From: Dehalococcoidia bacterium
GTDB lineage: Bacteria > Chloroflexota > Dehalococcoidia > Bin125
DNA: 27,844 bases
Reading direction: 5' to 3'
Assembly: GCA_963555985.3 (NCBI GenBank)
Contig: CAUVXV020000006.1
Coordinates: 1-27,844 of the forward strand
The position numbers were made by a program, and so were the translations under genes. Below the pieces are notes generated by a model. The model ran no database searches and was not told the DNA's origin. It saw only the letters and a list, made by a program, of their open reading frames with translations. Positions 25,807-27,844 of this stretch are shown here, piece by piece. How positions within the stretch are numbered: position 1 is the stretch's first letter; the number at the start of each line of letters is the position of its first letter.

Positions 25807-26214
25807 GTGCGCCCGCTCAACATCTTCTTCGACGTCGACGGCTGTCTGGTCTCCTGGAATCTGCAGATTCGCCCCTATGCGCGGGAGGTGCTGGAGCGCT
25901 TGCAGGATCGCGGCCACCATGTCTACATGTGGTCGGGCTACGGGGCGCGGCGTGAGGTGGCCGACAAGCACGACCTCTGGCCGCTGCTGGCTGGGATTAT
26001 GGGCAAGCCGATCTTCCAGTACCGCCAGCGGCTGCACCTCTTCACCGACATCGAGCCGGACTTCATCATTGACGATCACCACGAGATCGTCGCGGCGCTC
26101 GGCGGCGCGGTGATCCGTCCGCCGCGCGAACCGCTGGCTCAGGACCGCGAGATGGTCAGAATCTACCGGCGGATTCTGGAGTTCGAGCGCAGCCATCGCG
26201 CCCGCTACGCCTGA
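25807..26214 (+). CDS. Minimal capless HAD-superfamily hydrolase
   Basis: IFFDVDGCL (DxD), IRPYAREVL, VYMWSG, GKP, FIIDD motifs. Start reassigned to GTG 25807. Confidence 0.8.
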   Translation: MRPLNIFFDVDGCLVSWNLQIRPYAREVLERLQDRGHHVYMWSGYGARREVADKHDLWPLLAGIMGKPIFQYRQRLHLFTDIEPDFIIDDHHEIVAALGGAVIRPPREPLAQDREMVRIYRRILEFERSHRARYA

Positions 26215-26222
26215 GCGTCGCG

Positions 26223-27844
26223 CTACTCGCCGCCTTCTGCCTCTGGTTCCGGCTCCGGCAGCGCCCGCTCCGCGTCGTATTCCTCGTGACCCGTGTCGAG
26301 CCAACTGTTCGCAAGCCGATCCCAGGACCAAGAGAACTCGCGGGCGCGGGGGTCGAGATGCAGATAGGGTTGCGCGATCCCGAGCTGAGTGCCGTTAATC
26401 AGATTGATCATCCACTGCGGCGAATCCCCGCTCAGCAGCCGTTCCTGCACCTGATGCGCCAGCCCGCGCCGCGCGTTGAGATCGAAGGTGATGCCCATCT
26501 CCTCGATCAGCGCGTCCAACTCCGGGTCGGGCGCGCCGCCCCAGTTGCGCTCGCCCGCGGAGTGCAGCGCTGCCCGCCAGGCATCGGTCGGATCTGCTGA
26601 GAGCGGCGTTTCTCCCCAACTGAGGAAGAGGAAGCGTTCCCCGTTCGCGATTTGAGCGATCGCATCGGCCAACGCTCGATACTCCAGGTCAACATCCAGG
26701 CCGGTTGCGTCCGCCAGCATTGAGCGCACCGCTTCGCCTGAGCCGGCGAAGAAGCCTTCAAACACATCAGCGGCGACGAACGGTACCTGTCCAAGCGCGT
26801 TCGCGCCCCCCGCAGCGGCGATCAGCGCGCCGATCTCCTCAAGGTCGACGTCGCGCGCGTCACCGTAGCCGGGGTGCGTCGCCAGACGGTCTTCCGGCAA
26901 CGCCCAGGGTTTGAGATGGGACGGCCATGGCCCGGAGGCTCGCCCCTCGCCTTGGTAGAGCCGCTCTAACAGCCGTGTCCGATCGACTGCCAAGCCCAAT
27001 GCGCGGATGATGCGAGGATCGCTGAGCGGTGACGCGGCGTCTTCCGCCTGCGGCGCGAGTAACTGCACCGGGGCCGGCATCGGCAGTTCGTAGGCGGCGT
27101 CATCGGGGCGCTCATCGCGGAGCGCCTGCACGACCTCGTTGGGAACTGGATAGTCCACGAAGTCGACTTGCTTGAGGCTGTAGGTGCCGACCAGCTGACC
27201 TTCAGCGCCGCCGCCGAAGACGATGCCGTCGGGCCAGGCGTCGTTCGCGCCCCACCAGTTCTCCGAGCGCGCCAGGATCAGCTCTCGTCCGTCGTACTGG
27301 ATCGGGACGTAGGGTCCCGTGCCGCTGTTGAGTTGCACGTCGAAGGCGTTGTCGCGCCACCCATCGCCCCACTCTTCAGCCGCTTCCAGGCTGGTCATCC
27401 ACGCATACGGACCCGCGTGGACGCTGCCGAGGTATGCCGCATCCGGACCGTTCGTGGTCAGTTGGATCGTCTCGTCGCCCGTGACCTCCAGCGCTGCGGT
27501 GCGCTCGTATGCGCGATGGCGGAAGAAGTACGGATCGGGCGCGCCCTCGGCATCGAGCGCTGACTGCTGGCGTTCGATGTTCCAGCGGATGTCCTCAGCC
27601 GTGAATGCGCGGCCTTCGGTCGGCGCCTGCGCCCAGAACACCGCGCCGGGGGTCACGCTGAACACGTAGGTCGATTCGTCGGGCATCTCCGGCAACCCGC
27701 ACAGGTCGGCCTCGAGTTCGCCGGTGGAGACCGAGACGGGGCGGATCAGGCGGTTGTACATGAGGCTGTGAAACGCCTGCGTGGTTCGGTAGCGCGAGCG
27801 ATGGGGATCCCAGCGGTCATGCCGCTCGACCGGGAACCAGACGC
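26223..27844 (-). CDS. ABC transporter substrate-binding protein, family 5 (5' truncated)
   Basis: RWDPH...MYNRL, GRAFTAEDI, SGTGPY, DPRIIRAL, DPELDALI; frame stays open from 27761 to the window edge. Confidence 0.88.
   Translation of the reverse strand, partial: VWFPVERHDRWDPHRSRYRTTQAFHSLMYNRLIRPVSVSTGELEADLCGLPEMPDESTYVFSVTPGAVFWAQAPTEGRAFTAEDIRWNIERQQSALDAEGAPDPYFFRHRAYERTAALEVTGDETIQLTTNGPDAAYLGSVHAGPYAWMTSLEAAEEWGDGWRDNAFDVQLNSGTGPYVPIQYDGRELILARSENWWGANDAWPDGIVFGGGAEGQLVGTYSLKQVDFVDYPVPNEVVQALRDERPDDAAYELPMPAPVQLLAPQAEDAASPLSDPRIIRALGLAVDRTRLLERLYQGEGRASGPWPSHLKPWALPEDRLATHPGYGDARDVDLEEIGALIAAAGGANALGQVPFVAADVFEGFFAGSGEAVRSMLADATGLDVDLEYRALADAIAQIANGERFLFLSWGETPLSADPTDAWRAALHSAGERNWGGAPDPELDALIEEMGITFDLNARRGLAHQVQERLLSGDSPQWMINLINGTQLGIAQPYLHLDPRAREFSWSWDRLANSWLDTGHEEYDAERALPEPEPEAEGGE

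Overview
High-GC bacterial chromosomal window. The gene content (family-5 SBP, CaiB/BaiF pair, acyl-CoA dehydrogenase, TPP enzyme, selA) suggests Chloroflexota/Dehalococcoidia-like origin; this is inference only. 1-15.8 kb is mostly housekeeping: rarA, a selA-LigB/Memo-like-mutS2 operon, a class V aminotransferase-serA-DUF1015 serine cluster, a tandem HIT protein, rph, an amidase and a TPP enzyme. 15.8-17.5 kb is a small accessory patch with an internally deleted tyrosine phosphatase and a macro/PARG-like protein. 21.1-25.5 kb is an accessory/defence hotspot. Its most striking feature is two independent integrase-free cassettes: DGQHR/DndB-like plus an unannotated 48-aa Zn-ribbon gene, and a RelE/HigB-XRE toxin-antitoxin pair. 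Each sits behind a host gene whose 3' end reappears as a synonymously diverged, decayed copy on the far side of the cassette (acyl-CoA dehydrogenase 21070-21123 vs 22983-23034; nrtS-like 25497-25586 vs 24421-24513). Both cassettes flank a frameshifted methyltransferase-HNH fusion. All calls are from motif recognition by eye; no searches were run.
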